Shown in pieces: positions 1 to 8,854 of a DNA stretch of 64,000 bases. The DNA lies in the NCBI GenBank assembly GCA_018304425.1, contig JAGVWE010000002.1, positions 128,001 through 192,000 of the forward strand, in the 5' to 3' direction. How positions within the stretch are numbered: the first letter of the stretch is position 1; each line of letters opens with the position of its first letter. Origin of the DNA: Candidatus Iainarchaeum sp. Its GTDB lineage: Archaea; Iainarchaeota; Iainarchaeia; Iainarchaeales; UBA10219. The notes beneath the pieces are model-generated. The model was not told the DNA's origin. It saw only the letters and a list, made by a program, of their open reading frames with translations, and ran no database searches. A program made the translations under genes and the position numbers.

Positions 1-538
1 CGCGCGCCTAATCATCAACCGCTTCATGATCAAACGCATCGGCAAAGACGATTACTTCATGCGCATCCGGCTCTACCCCCACCATATTTTGCGGGAAAAC
101 AAGCAGGCCCAGGGCGCGCACGCCGACAGAATCCAGAAAGGAATGTCTCATCCCTTTGGCCGGCCGATTGGCAGAGCCATCCGGGTGAAGTCCGGCGAAG
201 TCCTCATGAGCGTGCTGGTCAACAAGGACCACATCGCGCTCGCCAAGGAAGGCCTGCTGCGCGCGAAAGCCCGCATGCCGTGCACCGTGCACGTGGAAGT
301 CGGAACCGACGTTGAAAGCATTGGCACCCTGCCCCGAAGGGCCATCGAAGAGAAGGTCGTGCAGGAAGTCAAGGAAACCGCCGAATCCGTTGCCGCCGCA
401 GGCGCGGAAGGCGCAGCGGCAGGCGCGGCCGGAACGGAAGCCGGAAAAGGTGGCGCTGCAGCCGCCCCCACGGCCGCAGGCCCCACAGCCGGCGGCAAGG
501 AAGCCGGAAAGGGCTCGGAAAAGAAGGGCAAGAAGTAA
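1..538 (+). CDS. rpl10e: 50S ribosomal protein L10e/uL16 (5'-truncated by window edge)
   Basis: Motif YPHHILRENK..GAHADRIQKGMSHPFGRPIGRA typical of L10e; frame open from window start; Ala/Gly/Lys-rich C-terminal tail. Confidence 0.93.
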   Translation, partial: ARLIINRFMIKRIGKDDYFMRIRLYPHHILRENKQAQGAHADRIQKGMSHPFGRPIGRAIRVKSGEVLMSVLVNKDHIALAKEGLLRAKARMPCTVHVEVGTDVESIGTLPRRAIEEKVVQEVKETAESVAAAGAEGAAAGAAGTEAGKGGAAAAPTAAGPTAGGKEAGKGSEKKGKK

Positions 539-551
539 GGGCAGGAAACAA

Positions 552-1664
552 CTATTTGCCCAGTGCCACGTTGAGGGCCGCGATGTCGTCCATGACGAGC
601 TGCCGCTTCTTGTCGAGCAAGGCATGGTCGGCGTCCAAGACTTTCGACATGTTGCAGGTCCAGGCGATGTATTCCTCGGGCGACATGCTGGGCTTGTCCG
701 CGCCAATCGCCTTGTCCAGGCCGTAATTGATGAGCTTCTGCAGGTTGGAGGAAAGCACGCTGAACATCTTGGTCGGCATCTTCTTCAGCATCAGAGCCGA
801 GTCGATGATGAACTTGTCCGTGACGTCCGCGAGGGTGTTCAGGCATTCCTTGACGAAGTGCTGCCGCAGCCGCGTGGTCTCCTGCATGGAGGCCGTGTAG
901 TCGTTGCCTTCCTGGACGAGCTCGTCCTTCTGGGCCTGCAAGGCGGCCTTGTCAATCACGCAGGAAGCCCCATCAACGATGAGGGTGCAGACGCCTGGGA
1001 AGCCGTAGTTCGCGACCGTGAAGTTCTGCTGGGTGCAGTCGGTGTCAAAGGTGTTCACGCACTTGTTGGTCTGCGCGTCGCAGCCCCGCTTCCACAAGAC
1101 ATTGACTTCGCACTTGCCTTTGCAGTCGGAGTCGAAACGGCATTCGCCTTTTTCCCCGGGTTTCTCCTCGCCTGAAGACGAAGCCCCCAACTGGGCCAGG
1201 CACTGGTCCTTGGAGGCGGTAACCATGCCCATGCGGCTCACGTTCCCCGAAATCTTGTCACAAAGCGAGGAGTCGCCGGTGGCCCGGGCAACTGCCTGCA
1301 GGCACTCGCGGGGGTCGTCGCCCACGATGCCGCCGTTCACGCTGTTGCAGAGGTTGGGGTCCTTGAGCTTGATGGCCAACTCGCTGTAGCACTTGGCTTT
1401 CGGCGCGGGGTCGGAAATCTTCTCGCACAGTTCGGGCTTGCCCTTGACGATAGCTGTTTTTTGCCAGCAGTGCTCGCGCGCGCCCGCATCCTCCACCGCA
1501 CCACAGGCAAGTTCTCCGCCCAAACCGGCCGCGGTATCCGCGACCCCGGGGTTGGTCTCGATGAAGTTCGTGACGTCGCGTTCGGGGTCGCCGGTGCAGC
1601 CGGAAAAGACCACTACCAAAAACAGCGCGAACAAAACGAGTGGAAGCTCTTGCCCCATCGGCAT
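552..1664 (-). CDS. Cys-rich repeat lipoprotein, unknown function
   Basis: Hydrophobic N-terminus with lipobox FSGC; repeated C-x2-I-x8-C-x4-A-x4-D-x2-L-C units. Confidence 0.8.
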   Translation of the reverse strand: MPMGQELPLVLFALFLVVVFSGCTGDPERDVTNFIETNPGVADTAAGLGGELACGAVEDAGAREHCWQKTAIVKGKPELCEKISDPAPKAKCYSELAIKLKDPNLCNSVNGGIVGDDPRECLQAVARATGDSSLCDKISGNVSRMGMVTASKDQCLAQLGASSSGEEKPGEKGECRFDSDCKGKCEVNVLWKRGCDAQTNKCVNTFDTDCTQQNFTVANYGFPGVCTLIVDGASCVIDKAALQAQKDELVQEGNDYTASMQETTRLRQHFVKECLNTLADVTDKFIIDSALMLKKMPTKMFSVLSSNLQKLINYGLDKAIGADKPSMSPEEYIAWTCNMSKVLDADHALLDKKRQLVMDDIAALNVALGK

Positions 1665-1740
1665 AATTAACGCTTAACTGGTATAAATGGGTTTCCGCAG
1701 GCAAAATCTTTATTAACCCGAAAAGCCTTAGTTAAGGCGT

Positions 1741-2224
1741 ATGGTCTACGGAACCCCGAAGAAGGGCGGCTATGGCGGCGGCCTCGGCAGCATTGCCAAG
1801 AAAATCGCGGCCGACCGGCAAGCCAAGGAAGCGGCCGTGCCACCCCAGTCAACCTAGGCGGCCCAGGCCCGCCCCGGTGTCGGGCAGCAACGCGCACTCG
1901 CAAATCATTTACCCCAAGAAGAAAGAAGAGGCCACGGCGCAGGCCGTGGAACAAAAGCCGAGGGACCTCGAAGCCGAGCGCGCGAACGCGGTCATCGTCT
2001 ACCCCACCAAGGAGCCTGCCCCCCGGCCGGCCGAGCCGGCGAGACCCCGCCCCCTCCAGGGGCCATCCAAGGGGGACGCGCACACGATTATCATTTACCC
2101 GAAAAAGAAGGAACCACCACAGGCCGTGGCACAGGCGCAGCCGGTGAAAGACGAGCAACCGCTGACTGAACCAACAGAAAAACCGGAAGACAAAAGTCAG
2201 GGCGCAAACGCGCCACAGACTTGA
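1741..2224 (+). pseudogene. Pro/Lys-rich orphan protein with three I-[IV]-Y-P-x-K repeats, probably split by a +1 frameshift near 1845
   Basis: TATA-like TTTATTAA at ~1709 precedes ATG 1741 (MVYGTPKKGGYGGG..., stop 1855-1857); the 1772..2224 frame carries the repeats; removing one C from a C4 run fuses them. Confidence 0.5.
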
Positions 2225-2225
2225 C

Positions 2226-2471
2226 ATGCACGGACTCAATGGTAAAAGATGCCCTTCCTGCGAGCGGGGTGAGCTGCACCGAACGTCCGAAAAACACGGT
2301 GCGGCGCGCATTTGCGCGCATGTGTGCGATAACTGCCCTGAACGCTGGTATTCTTTGAGTTCAATGAAAAAACTGGAACGCATGGAAAAGACTAATTTTC
2401 CGGCTTCGCGGCACTCCACATCAAGTCAAAGTATTCCCGGTAAGCATCGGCTAGGCGCTCGTTCTCGATGA
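2226..2471 (+). CDS. Small zinc-finger protein (CxxC...CxxC, YgiT/MqsA-like ribbon)
   Basis: CPSC-x21-CDNC-PERWYS pattern; 3' end overlaps the convergent TrmB gene, so may be truncated. Confidence 0.5.
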   Translation: MHGLNGKRCPSCERGELHRTSEKHGAARICAHVCDNCPERWYSLSSMKKLERMEKTNFPASRHSTSSQSIPGKHRLGARSR

Positions 2472-3150
2472 CGATGCCAATCCACTTCTCGGGTTCGAGC
2501 TTCAACCAAATCGAGGTCTTGAAGCCGTACACCCAGGTCACGGCCGGGCTTTGATGGGCTTCGGGGAGGACGCGGAATTGAATGGTGGGGGAGTGCACGA
2601 TGTCCACACCGGGATGGTAGAGGTAACGGCCCTTGATGCCGAGGCGCTCGCGTTCCGCGTAGTGCTTCTGGTGAAAGATGGGGTCCAGCTTGCGGAACTC
2701 CCCACTCGCGGCCCCAAAGCAAACCATTTCCTTTTCGGGGTGCTTCTGGCACTCGCGCAAGACGTCGTTGAAGGCCGTGCGCGTGCCCTCCCTTCCCTCA
2801 TAGACCTGGACGTTGACGCTGGGCAGGGAGGGAGCGGCCAGGGACTGAAGTACCGGCAAGGCCTCCTGGAAGATGCGTTGCTGTTCGCGGACTCTTTCCT
2901 CGCGCTCGCGCAGGAAGTCCAGGATTTTTTCCGGGGGCGAGGCCTGGAAGAACCGCTTGTTGTTCTTGATGGCGTAGGAGGCGAGGCCATGGGCCATGAG
3001 CTGGTTGAGCGCGTCATAGATGTTGGGACGCGAAATGCTGACCTTCTTCGCAAGCGAAGCAGCGGTGGAGGAGCCGGCCTTGAGCAGGGCGAGGTAGGTT
3101 TTGGCTTCTATTTTCGAGAAACCCAGTGCCACCAAAACGGAAGCATCCAT
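2392..3150 (-). CDS. TrmB-family transcriptional regulator
   Basis: N-terminal LGFSKIEAKTYLALL..SRPNIYDALNQL..GLAS wHTH; VQVYEGREG linker; C-terminal YFDLMW. Confidence 0.9.
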   Translation of the reverse strand: MDASVLVALGFSKIEAKTYLALLKAGSSTAASLAKKVSISRPNIYDALNQLMAHGLASYAIKNNKRFFQASPPEKILDFLREREERVREQQRIFQEALPVLQSLAAPSLPSVNVQVYEGREGTRTAFNDVLRECQKHPEKEMVCFGAASGEFRKLDPIFHQKHYAERERLGIKGRYLYHPGVDIVHSPTIQFRVLPEAHQSPAVTWVYGFKTSIWLKLEPEKWIGIVIENERLADAYREYFDLMWSAAKPEN

Positions 3151-3171
3151 GTTGTATCTACTCCATACAAC
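3151..3171. promoter_or_regulatory. Inverted-repeat operator between divergent TrmB and SBP genes
   Basis: GTTGTAT-N7-ATACAAC perfect 7-bp inverted repeat abutting the TrmB start codon. Confidence 0.6.
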
Positions 3172-3206
3172 GCATTATTAAATCGCTGGGCGTGGCAAGG
3201 GGTTTT

Positions 3207-4340
3207 ATGGGGTTTAAAAGGGTAAACTGGTTGGGGTTTTGGGTGCTGGCCCTGGTGCTGGCATCGGGTTGCAGCCAAAAAACCGTGGAAAGCCAGGCAG
3301 CGAGTGAAAGCCTTCGCATTGGTTTCGTGGCGCCCTTGACCGGGAACGCGGAGTGGTATGGCGAGCACCAGTGGAAGGCCATCCAGTTGGGCGTGGACGA
3401 AATCAACCAAGGCGGCGGCATCAACGGCCGGAAGCTGGAAGTCGTGGCCGAAGACGACCAGTGCCTGCCCAAGCTGGGCGCGGAAGTCATGCAAAAGCTG
3501 GCCGCCGTGGACCGCGTGCCCCTCGTGCTCGGAGCCTACTGCAGTTCGGTGTGCATGTCCATGGCCCCCATCGCCGAGGCAAACAAAGTGGTGATGGTCA
3601 ACGAGTGCAACACCGACAAGCTCCGCGAGGCCGGGGAATACGTCTTCCGCATCAAGCCCGGGGCCGCCCAGGAAGGGAAATTCATCGCCGACGCGATGCG
3701 GGCGCGCGGCGCCACGCGATTGGCCTTGTTGTTCATCAACAACGAGTACGGCGTGTCGACGAAGGACGAAGTGAAAAAGAATTTCGCGGCAGACGGCGGC
3801 AAGGTTGTGGCAGAAGAGGCCTTCGAACAGGGGGCCAGCGACTTCCGCTCCCAACTCGCCAAAGTCAGGGAAGCGCGGCCCGACGCGGTGTACTTCGTCG
3901 GCTACGCGAAAGAAAACGGGTTGCTGGTGCGGCAGGCCCACGAGCTTGGCTTGCGGCAGGCCCTCTACAGCAGCCTCACGCTCGAAAGCGCGGACTTCCT
4001 CGAGGCAGCCGGCGAGGCCGCGGAAGGCATCGTCTACCCCTACCTCTACGACCCCAACAGCCCGGAAGCCGTGGTGCGCGCCTACAATGAAAAGTTCAAG
4101 GCGCGTTACGGCGAGGACAGCGAGATGTGGGGCGCGTTGTACTACGATGCATTGGTGCTGCTGAAACCCGTCCTCGAAAAGTGTGGGAACGACAGCGGTT
4201 GCCTCAAAGACGGGTTGCTGAAAGTCCAGGGCTTTGAAGGGGTTACCGGCCGCATGGAGTTCGACGAGAAAGGCGACGTCGTGAAACCCTATCTCTTGAA
4301 AACCGTGCGCGGCGGCGGGTTTGCGACGCTAGCCGATTAG
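3207..4340 (+). CDS. Branched-chain amino acid (LivJ/LivK-type) ABC substrate-binding lipoprotein
   Basis: Lipobox ASGC; IGFVAPLTG, INQGGGINGRKLEVVAEDD, FEGVTGRMEFDEKGD motifs; ATG 3207 chosen as start. Confidence 0.9.
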   Translation: MGFKRVNWLGFWVLALVLASGCSQKTVESQAASESLRIGFVAPLTGNAEWYGEHQWKAIQLGVDEINQGGGINGRKLEVVAEDDQCLPKLGAEVMQKLAAVDRVPLVLGAYCSSVCMSMAPIAEANKVVMVNECNTDKLREAGEYVFRIKPGAAQEGKFIADAMRARGATRLALLFINNEYGVSTKDEVKKNFAADGGKVVAEEAFEQGASDFRSQLAKVREARPDAVYFVGYAKENGLLVRQAHELGLRQALYSSLTLESADFLEAAGEAAEGIVYPYLYDPNSPEAVVRAYNEKFKARYGEDSEMWGALYYDALVLLKPVLEKCGNDSGCLKDGLLKVQGFEGVTGRMEFDEKGDVVKPYLLKTVRGGGFATLAD

Positions 4341-4375
4341 TGGCCTTTAAAAGGCTTCGGGGGCGAGTATAGGGT

Positions 4376-5374
4376 ATGCTGGACTTGGACCTCGAAGGCC
4401 TCTTGACGGAAGTCAAGGCCTTGAATCCCGCGCCTAAAACCATGGTCGTGCAGTTCCCGGACGGGTTGAAAATCAATTTACGGGAGGTAGTGGAACGACT
4501 CGAAGAGGCGACGCACGCGGAAGTCATCTCCGTGCTCGACCCCTGCTTTGGCGCCTGCGACCTGGCCGATGACAAGGCCAAGAAGTATGCCGCTGACCTG
4601 CTCATCCACTTCGGGCACTCGAAACTCTACCACGCGGCCGTGAAGACGCTGTACTGGCCACTGCACTACCGGGTCTCCGAAGAGGCCATCTGGAAAATCG
4701 CCGGGAAGCTGAAGGCGCTCAAGGTGAAAACCGTGAGCCTCAACGCGGCCTCCCAGTATGTCAAGGATTTGGACCGGCTTTCGAAGGCGCTCGAAAGGGA
4801 GGGCATTCACGCCGAACAAGGGAAGACGAAGTCAGCCCTCGAACGCGGGCAGGTACTTGGATGCGACCTCTCCAACCCCCGCACAGTCGAAGGAGCGGTG
4901 GACGCGCACCTGTTCTATGGAGACGGGTTGTTCCACGCGCTGGGATTGCTGTTCGCTTCGAAGAAGCCGTGCTACCAGTTCAACCCCCTCCTGATGGAGT
5001 GGGTGGACTTGAACCAGTACCATGACAAGTTCCTGCGCAGGCGCTACGCGCTCATCGGCAAGGCACAGGAAGCCAAGACCTTCGGCATCCTCATGAGTTC
5101 CAAGGTCGGGCAGTTCCGCAAGAAAATCGCCGTCGAAGCCAAGAAGCTGATTGAAAAGCACGGGAAGAAAGCATTTCTGTTCAGCTTGGACAACGTGAAC
5201 CCCAATGCCTTGATGGGGCTGGGGATCGACTGCTGGGTGAACACGGCCTGCCCCCGCATCGCCACCGACGACGCGGGCTTGTACAAGGAGCCCATGATTA
5301 CGCACGAGGAACTGAAGGTCGCGTTGGGCGAGAAGAAGTTCGAAGAATACGTCTTTGACGAGATACGGCATTAG
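4376..5374 (+). CDS. dph2: Diphthamide biosynthesis radical-SAM-like enzyme Dph2
   Basis: VQFPDGLK, PCFGACD, HFGHS, GQVLGC, TACPRIA: the three Fe-S cysteines are present. Confidence 0.93.
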   Translation: MLDLDLEGLLTEVKALNPAPKTMVVQFPDGLKINLREVVERLEEATHAEVISVLDPCFGACDLADDKAKKYAADLLIHFGHSKLYHAAVKTLYWPLHYRVSEEAIWKIAGKLKALKVKTVSLNAASQYVKDLDRLSKALEREGIHAEQGKTKSALERGQVLGCDLSNPRTVEGAVDAHLFYGDGLFHALGLLFASKKPCYQFNPLLMEWVDLNQYHDKFLRRRYALIGKAQEAKTFGILMSSKVGQFRKKIAVEAKKLIEKHGKKAFLFSLDNVNPNALMGLGIDCWVNTACPRIATDDAGLYKEPMITHEELKVALGEKKFEEYVFDEIRH

Positions 5375-6351
5375 TGGGTGTGGGGATGCCGCCGGCGCGC
5401 CTTCTCCGCTTGAATGCGCTCGATTTCGGCATTATGTTGGCGTTGGAGGTTTTTGACGTCCTCCTCAAAGAAGTCGATGCCATGCAGCAAACTCGCCAAC
5501 GAATTGGCGGCGTTGCCGACCACCAGCAACTGCCCTCGTTCTTCCGGCGAAGCCTGGTTGGCGGCGACTCTTTCTTGCAGCCACTCTTTTTGCGCACGCA
5601 ATTGTTTGGCATACCGCTGGAACTCGCCCTTGAAGGCAAGCACTTCCTTCAGCAGGAAGTCCTCCAAGTAATGCAGCGTGCCATACAGGTGACGCACCGG
5701 GGGGGCTTCGGGGGCCATGGATTCCCCGCATGCGTCTGCAATGACCTTCACCAATCCGTCGAAAGCTTTTCTGCGCAACTCTTCCCTCCAGCCCTGCACC
5801 TTGCCTTCCAGGCGCCGCTGGAGGCCCGCAAACTGCTGGGGAGAGAGCACGCGGACACCCTTTCCCTGTTTCTTCCACTTGCCCGGCCTACGACGGCGCT
5901 TGTGCGCGGGAACCTGCAATTCCATCTCGGCCTCCCTGACCGCGCGGTCATACACCCGCCTGGCCCGGCGCGCCACCCATTCCTCGCCAGAGACCCCCAT
6001 CACGTGGAAATAGCGGAGCAGGGCGCGATTGATTCGCTTCCGTTCAGGCGCCGACAACAAAACCTCCGCGGGCTTCAACCGCGAGTTCAAAGCCACCAAC
6101 AACCAACGTGTGAGTCCGCGTTGCACGGACGGAAAACGCCAAGCATGGTGATAGAGTTCTTCCTGGGGCACGTCGCGCGCGCGATAGTTCTGGTGCACCC
6201 AGTTGATGGCGCGGCCCAGGTCCCGGCGGTCCAGAGTCCGGCCAACGGCGTCCACGTACTTGGGCCCCCAAAACCCGATGGGCGTTCCGCCCCGGTTCGG
6301 GTCCAGGTTGTGGCGGCGCCCGGAAAGCGGTCTGCCCGGAGTTTTCGCCAT
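5371..6351 (-). CDS. Arg-rich helical orphan protein
   Basis: 326-aa ORF; TATA-like CTTAAATA ~25 nt upstream of ATG; converges on dph2 stop. Confidence 0.7.
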   Translation of the reverse strand: MAKTPGRPLSGRRHNLDPNRGGTPIGFWGPKYVDAVGRTLDRRDLGRAINWVHQNYRARDVPQEELYHHAWRFPSVQRGLTRWLLVALNSRLKPAEVLLSAPERKRINRALLRYFHVMGVSGEEWVARRARRVYDRAVREAEMELQVPAHKRRRRPGKWKKQGKGVRVLSPQQFAGLQRRLEGKVQGWREELRRKAFDGLVKVIADACGESMAPEAPPVRHLYGTLHYLEDFLLKEVLAFKGEFQRYAKQLRAQKEWLQERVAANQASPEERGQLLVVGNAANSLASLLHGIDFFEEDVKNLQRQHNAEIERIQAEKARRRHPHTH

Positions 6352-6396
6352 ACTGGCTATATATACCTTAAGCCCTATTTAAGAGTGACTCGGGGG

Positions 6397-7305
6397 CTAG
6401 CGCTCCTTGTAGAGCTTGATTATGCGCGCGTTGTTTTCCTTGGTGGGCTCCAGCCATTTGAGGACCCGGAACCCCTGCTTTTCGAACATGGCTCTGGTCA
6501 TGCCGGTTTCGCCGCCCATGGACAGGACGTGGTAGCTATAGCCTCCCTTTTGGGTCATGCGCGCGATGTTTTCGGCGACTTTATTGAGTCTAGCGGGGTC
6601 AGAGCCGAGGATTTCCTCGTTCAGGAAGTCCACGGAATACGTGGCCTCGCGGGCGCGAAGTTCCCGGCGCCGAAGGGGGCGCGCAAACAAATCCTCGGCT
6701 TTCACGCCGTGGATGACGTTCAAGCGCTCGCGCTTGGTGAGTTCCTCTGGTTCCTTCTGAAGCTCGACGCCGCCGATTTTCTTCGCGCTGATGAAGCGCC
6801 GGCGCTTGTAGGCGGCGCGGAACCCTGGGTCGTGCTTGAGGATGTGCAGAATCGTCCCATAGCCCACGCCGAAACCGAAGACGCCCAGGTTGCTGCGGCC
6901 CTTGAAGTCACCCACCATTTCCCGGAAAATCGCTGACGCGTGTGCATACCCGCTCACGGTCGTGGTCATGACATGTCGCGCGCGTCCCAGGAAGTCCTTG
7001 TACTTTATGTGGTGCTGGGGGTCCCGCATGATGGCAGCCCATTGCTCTGGCGACAGCGAGTAAAGGTGCTGCCGCATGCCCTCAATCCGGCTCTTGTCCC
7101 ACCGCACCCTCTGCTGGACTTCCTCGATGTAGGAATCGATGGCAGCCCGAAGGGCTGCGGCGTAGTAGAGCCTGGTCTTCGCGCGGCGGGGCTGTCGAAT
7201 GGCGGTCCGATGCTCGGTAAACCCGGGTTTGCCTGCAGCGGTCGGCCCGGTAGCTGGTCTGGAAAGTCGTCCAAACTTGACGTCACGCAGGAACCTTCGA
7301 GTCAA
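6397..7305 (-). CDS. Arg-rich orphan protein with possible class I SAM-methyltransferase-like domain
   Basis: GVFGFGVGYGT glycine loop, GGVELQ acidic strand end, later ARMTQKGG; TTG start after a TATA-like CTTAAATA. Confidence 0.6.
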   Translation of the reverse strand: MTRRFLRDVKFGRLSRPATGPTAAGKPGFTEHRTAIRQPRRAKTRLYYAAALRAAIDSYIEEVQQRVRWDKSRIEGMRQHLYSLSPEQWAAIMRDPQHHIKYKDFLGRARHVMTTTVSGYAHASAIFREMVGDFKGRSNLGVFGFGVGYGTILHILKHDPGFRAAYKRRRFISAKKIGGVELQKEPEELTKRERLNVIHGVKAEDLFARPLRRRELRAREATYSVDFLNEEILGSDPARLNKVAENIARMTQKGGYSYHVLSMGGETGMTRAMFEKQGFRVLKWLEPTKENNARIIKLYKER

Positions 7306-7340
7306 TCAAACCACTGCAAACATTGGCTTCGGCCGGATAT

Positions 7341-7961
7341 TTAAGGGTTCGCTTCAGGCCGGATGGGCGGCTGGCGGGCCGCCTCCAAGTGGAATCCGAA
7401 AAACTGGAGGCGCGTGACGATGTTGTTCAGGGACTCGGTGGCGTTCGCAACCTGCATCAAGAGCACGCGCTGCGTGGGAGGCAGAGTGGAAGCAGCGGCA
7501 CGTGCGTCGAGTACGGCCTGGGCGCGCCCATATTTTTCCGCCAAAAGGCCGGCTTCGGCGACGAATCCGGCCACCGCAGGGGTTAGGGTTTCAAGGAAAG
7601 CCAGGGCAGCCTGGCGGTCGCGGCCAAAGTGGGGGGCGAGGCCTTCCACCAGGCGCTCGAAGGCATTGGCCGGCGGTTCGGGGGCGGTGAGGGAAGCAAA
7701 ATAGATTTTGAGGGGTTTCGCGAATCGAGTCCCCCGCCTCGCCAACCGCTCATCGGCCGCGCCCAAACGCGTGAACAGCCCGCCCACGATTCGCCGCGTC
7801 AAGGGGTTCCGAATGTGGGGGGCCATCCAGGCCACTTTGTGCGGCGCCGCCGGGTTGCTGGCCAAGACTATAGGATGAGCCAATGCCCTGGTGGTGGCGC
7901 TGGGAGTGAACACCCGCCGGACTGTGCGCAGGTAATCAAATGGCCGTTCATGTGGACGCAT
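7341..7961 (-). CDS. Arg-rich orphan protein
   Basis: ATG 7961 (MRPHERPFDYLR...) 5 nt after the pyrH stop, same strand. Confidence 0.6.
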   Translation of the reverse strand: MRPHERPFDYLRTVRRVFTPSATTRALAHPIVLASNPAAPHKVAWMAPHIRNPLTRRIVGGLFTRLGAADERLARRGTRFAKPLKIYFASLTAPEPPANAFERLVEGLAPHFGRDRQAALAFLETLTPAVAGFVAEAGLLAEKYGRAQAVLDARAAASTLPPTQRVLLMQVANATESLNNIVTRLQFFGFHLEAARQPPIRPEANP

Positions 7962-7966
7962 AAGGA

Positions 7967-8773
7967 TTAGTAGTCGACGTCTTCGAGGTCGTCGGCGGTT
8001 TCTTCGGCCGGGGCCTTGGAGGCTTCGGCGCCCTCGTCCTGGATGGTGGTACCGGTGAAGGCGTTGCCGCGCAGGCAGGCTTCGAGGTTGGCTAGGTCGT
8101 CGGCGGCAAGCACCAAGCCCCGGATTTTCGAGCGCTTGAGGATGGCGCAAGTGAAAGAGTCGAGCACAACGTGGGAGCCGGGTTCCCGGGAATCCGAGCG
8201 CGCCATGAGCCGCCAGAGCTTTTCGTAGGAGAGTTTGTCGTAGCGGGCGGCCTTCCGGTTGCGCTTGGGATCCGTGCTGTAGATGCCGTCGACGTTCGTC
8301 AGGTTGACGAAGGCCGCACCCAGGAATTCCGAGAGGAGCGCGGCCACGGTGTCGGTCGTGAAGCCCGGAACCAGGCCGCCGAAGACCGGAATCCTGCCTG
8401 AGTCGATGACCGCGCGCGCGTTCACGATGTCGGTCTGGACTTCGGGGTAAGCGCCTTCCAGGGCCTGGATGAGCAGCAAGGCATTGGCGCGCGTGACGCG
8501 GATGGCGACCAGGTCGGTGATGAAGTTGTTGGCTCCCAGGGTCTTGGCCGCGGCAATGTACTCGCGCGCGGTTTTTCCGCCGCCCACGACGACCGCGAAC
8601 TTGCAGCCCTCCTTGTGGAGCGTGGAGAGGAGGGAGGCGAGCTTGGCCATGAGGGTCGTGTTGGGCTTGTCGCCGATGACGGCCGAGCCGCCGATGGAGA
8701 CGACGAAGGTCTTGGTGGAATCGGGGGCGTTGCCGGAAGGGGTTTGCGCGGCGTTTTCGAACAAGTCAAACAT
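7967..8773 (-). CDS. pyrH: Uridylate kinase
   Basis: VVSIGGS, VVVGGGKTAREYI, PGFTTD, TNVDGIYSTDP motifs of archaeal UMP kinase. Confidence 0.95.
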   Translation of the reverse strand: MFDLFENAAQTPSGNAPDSTKTFVVSIGGSAVIGDKPNTTLMAKLASLLSTLHKEGCKFAVVVGGGKTAREYIAAAKTLGANNFITDLVAIRVTRANALLLIQALEGAYPEVQTDIVNARAVIDSGRIPVFGGLVPGFTTDTVAALLSEFLGAAFVNLTNVDGIYSTDPKRNRKAARYDKLSYEKLWRLMARSDSREPGSHVVLDSFTCAILKRSKIRGLVLAADDLANLEACLRGNAFTGTTIQDEGAEASKAPAEETADDLEDVDY

Positions 8774-8854
8774 GGGTTTGGCTCCTGCAATAGATTAACC
8801 TATAATGGTATATAAGGCTTTTCTATTCCGTTTAATGCGGGCAAAGGCGGTTTC

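Noticed and set aside
5374-6936. 520-aa plus-strand ORF
   Set aside because: Spans two minus-strand genes that have their own TATA boxes; composition typical of a shadow frame
7303-7323. In-frame ATG...TGA upstream of the 6397..7305 gene suggesting stop-codon readthrough
   Set aside because: The ATG is too close to the TATA box to be transcribed; core genes end normally at TAA, TAG and TGA, so no recoding is evident
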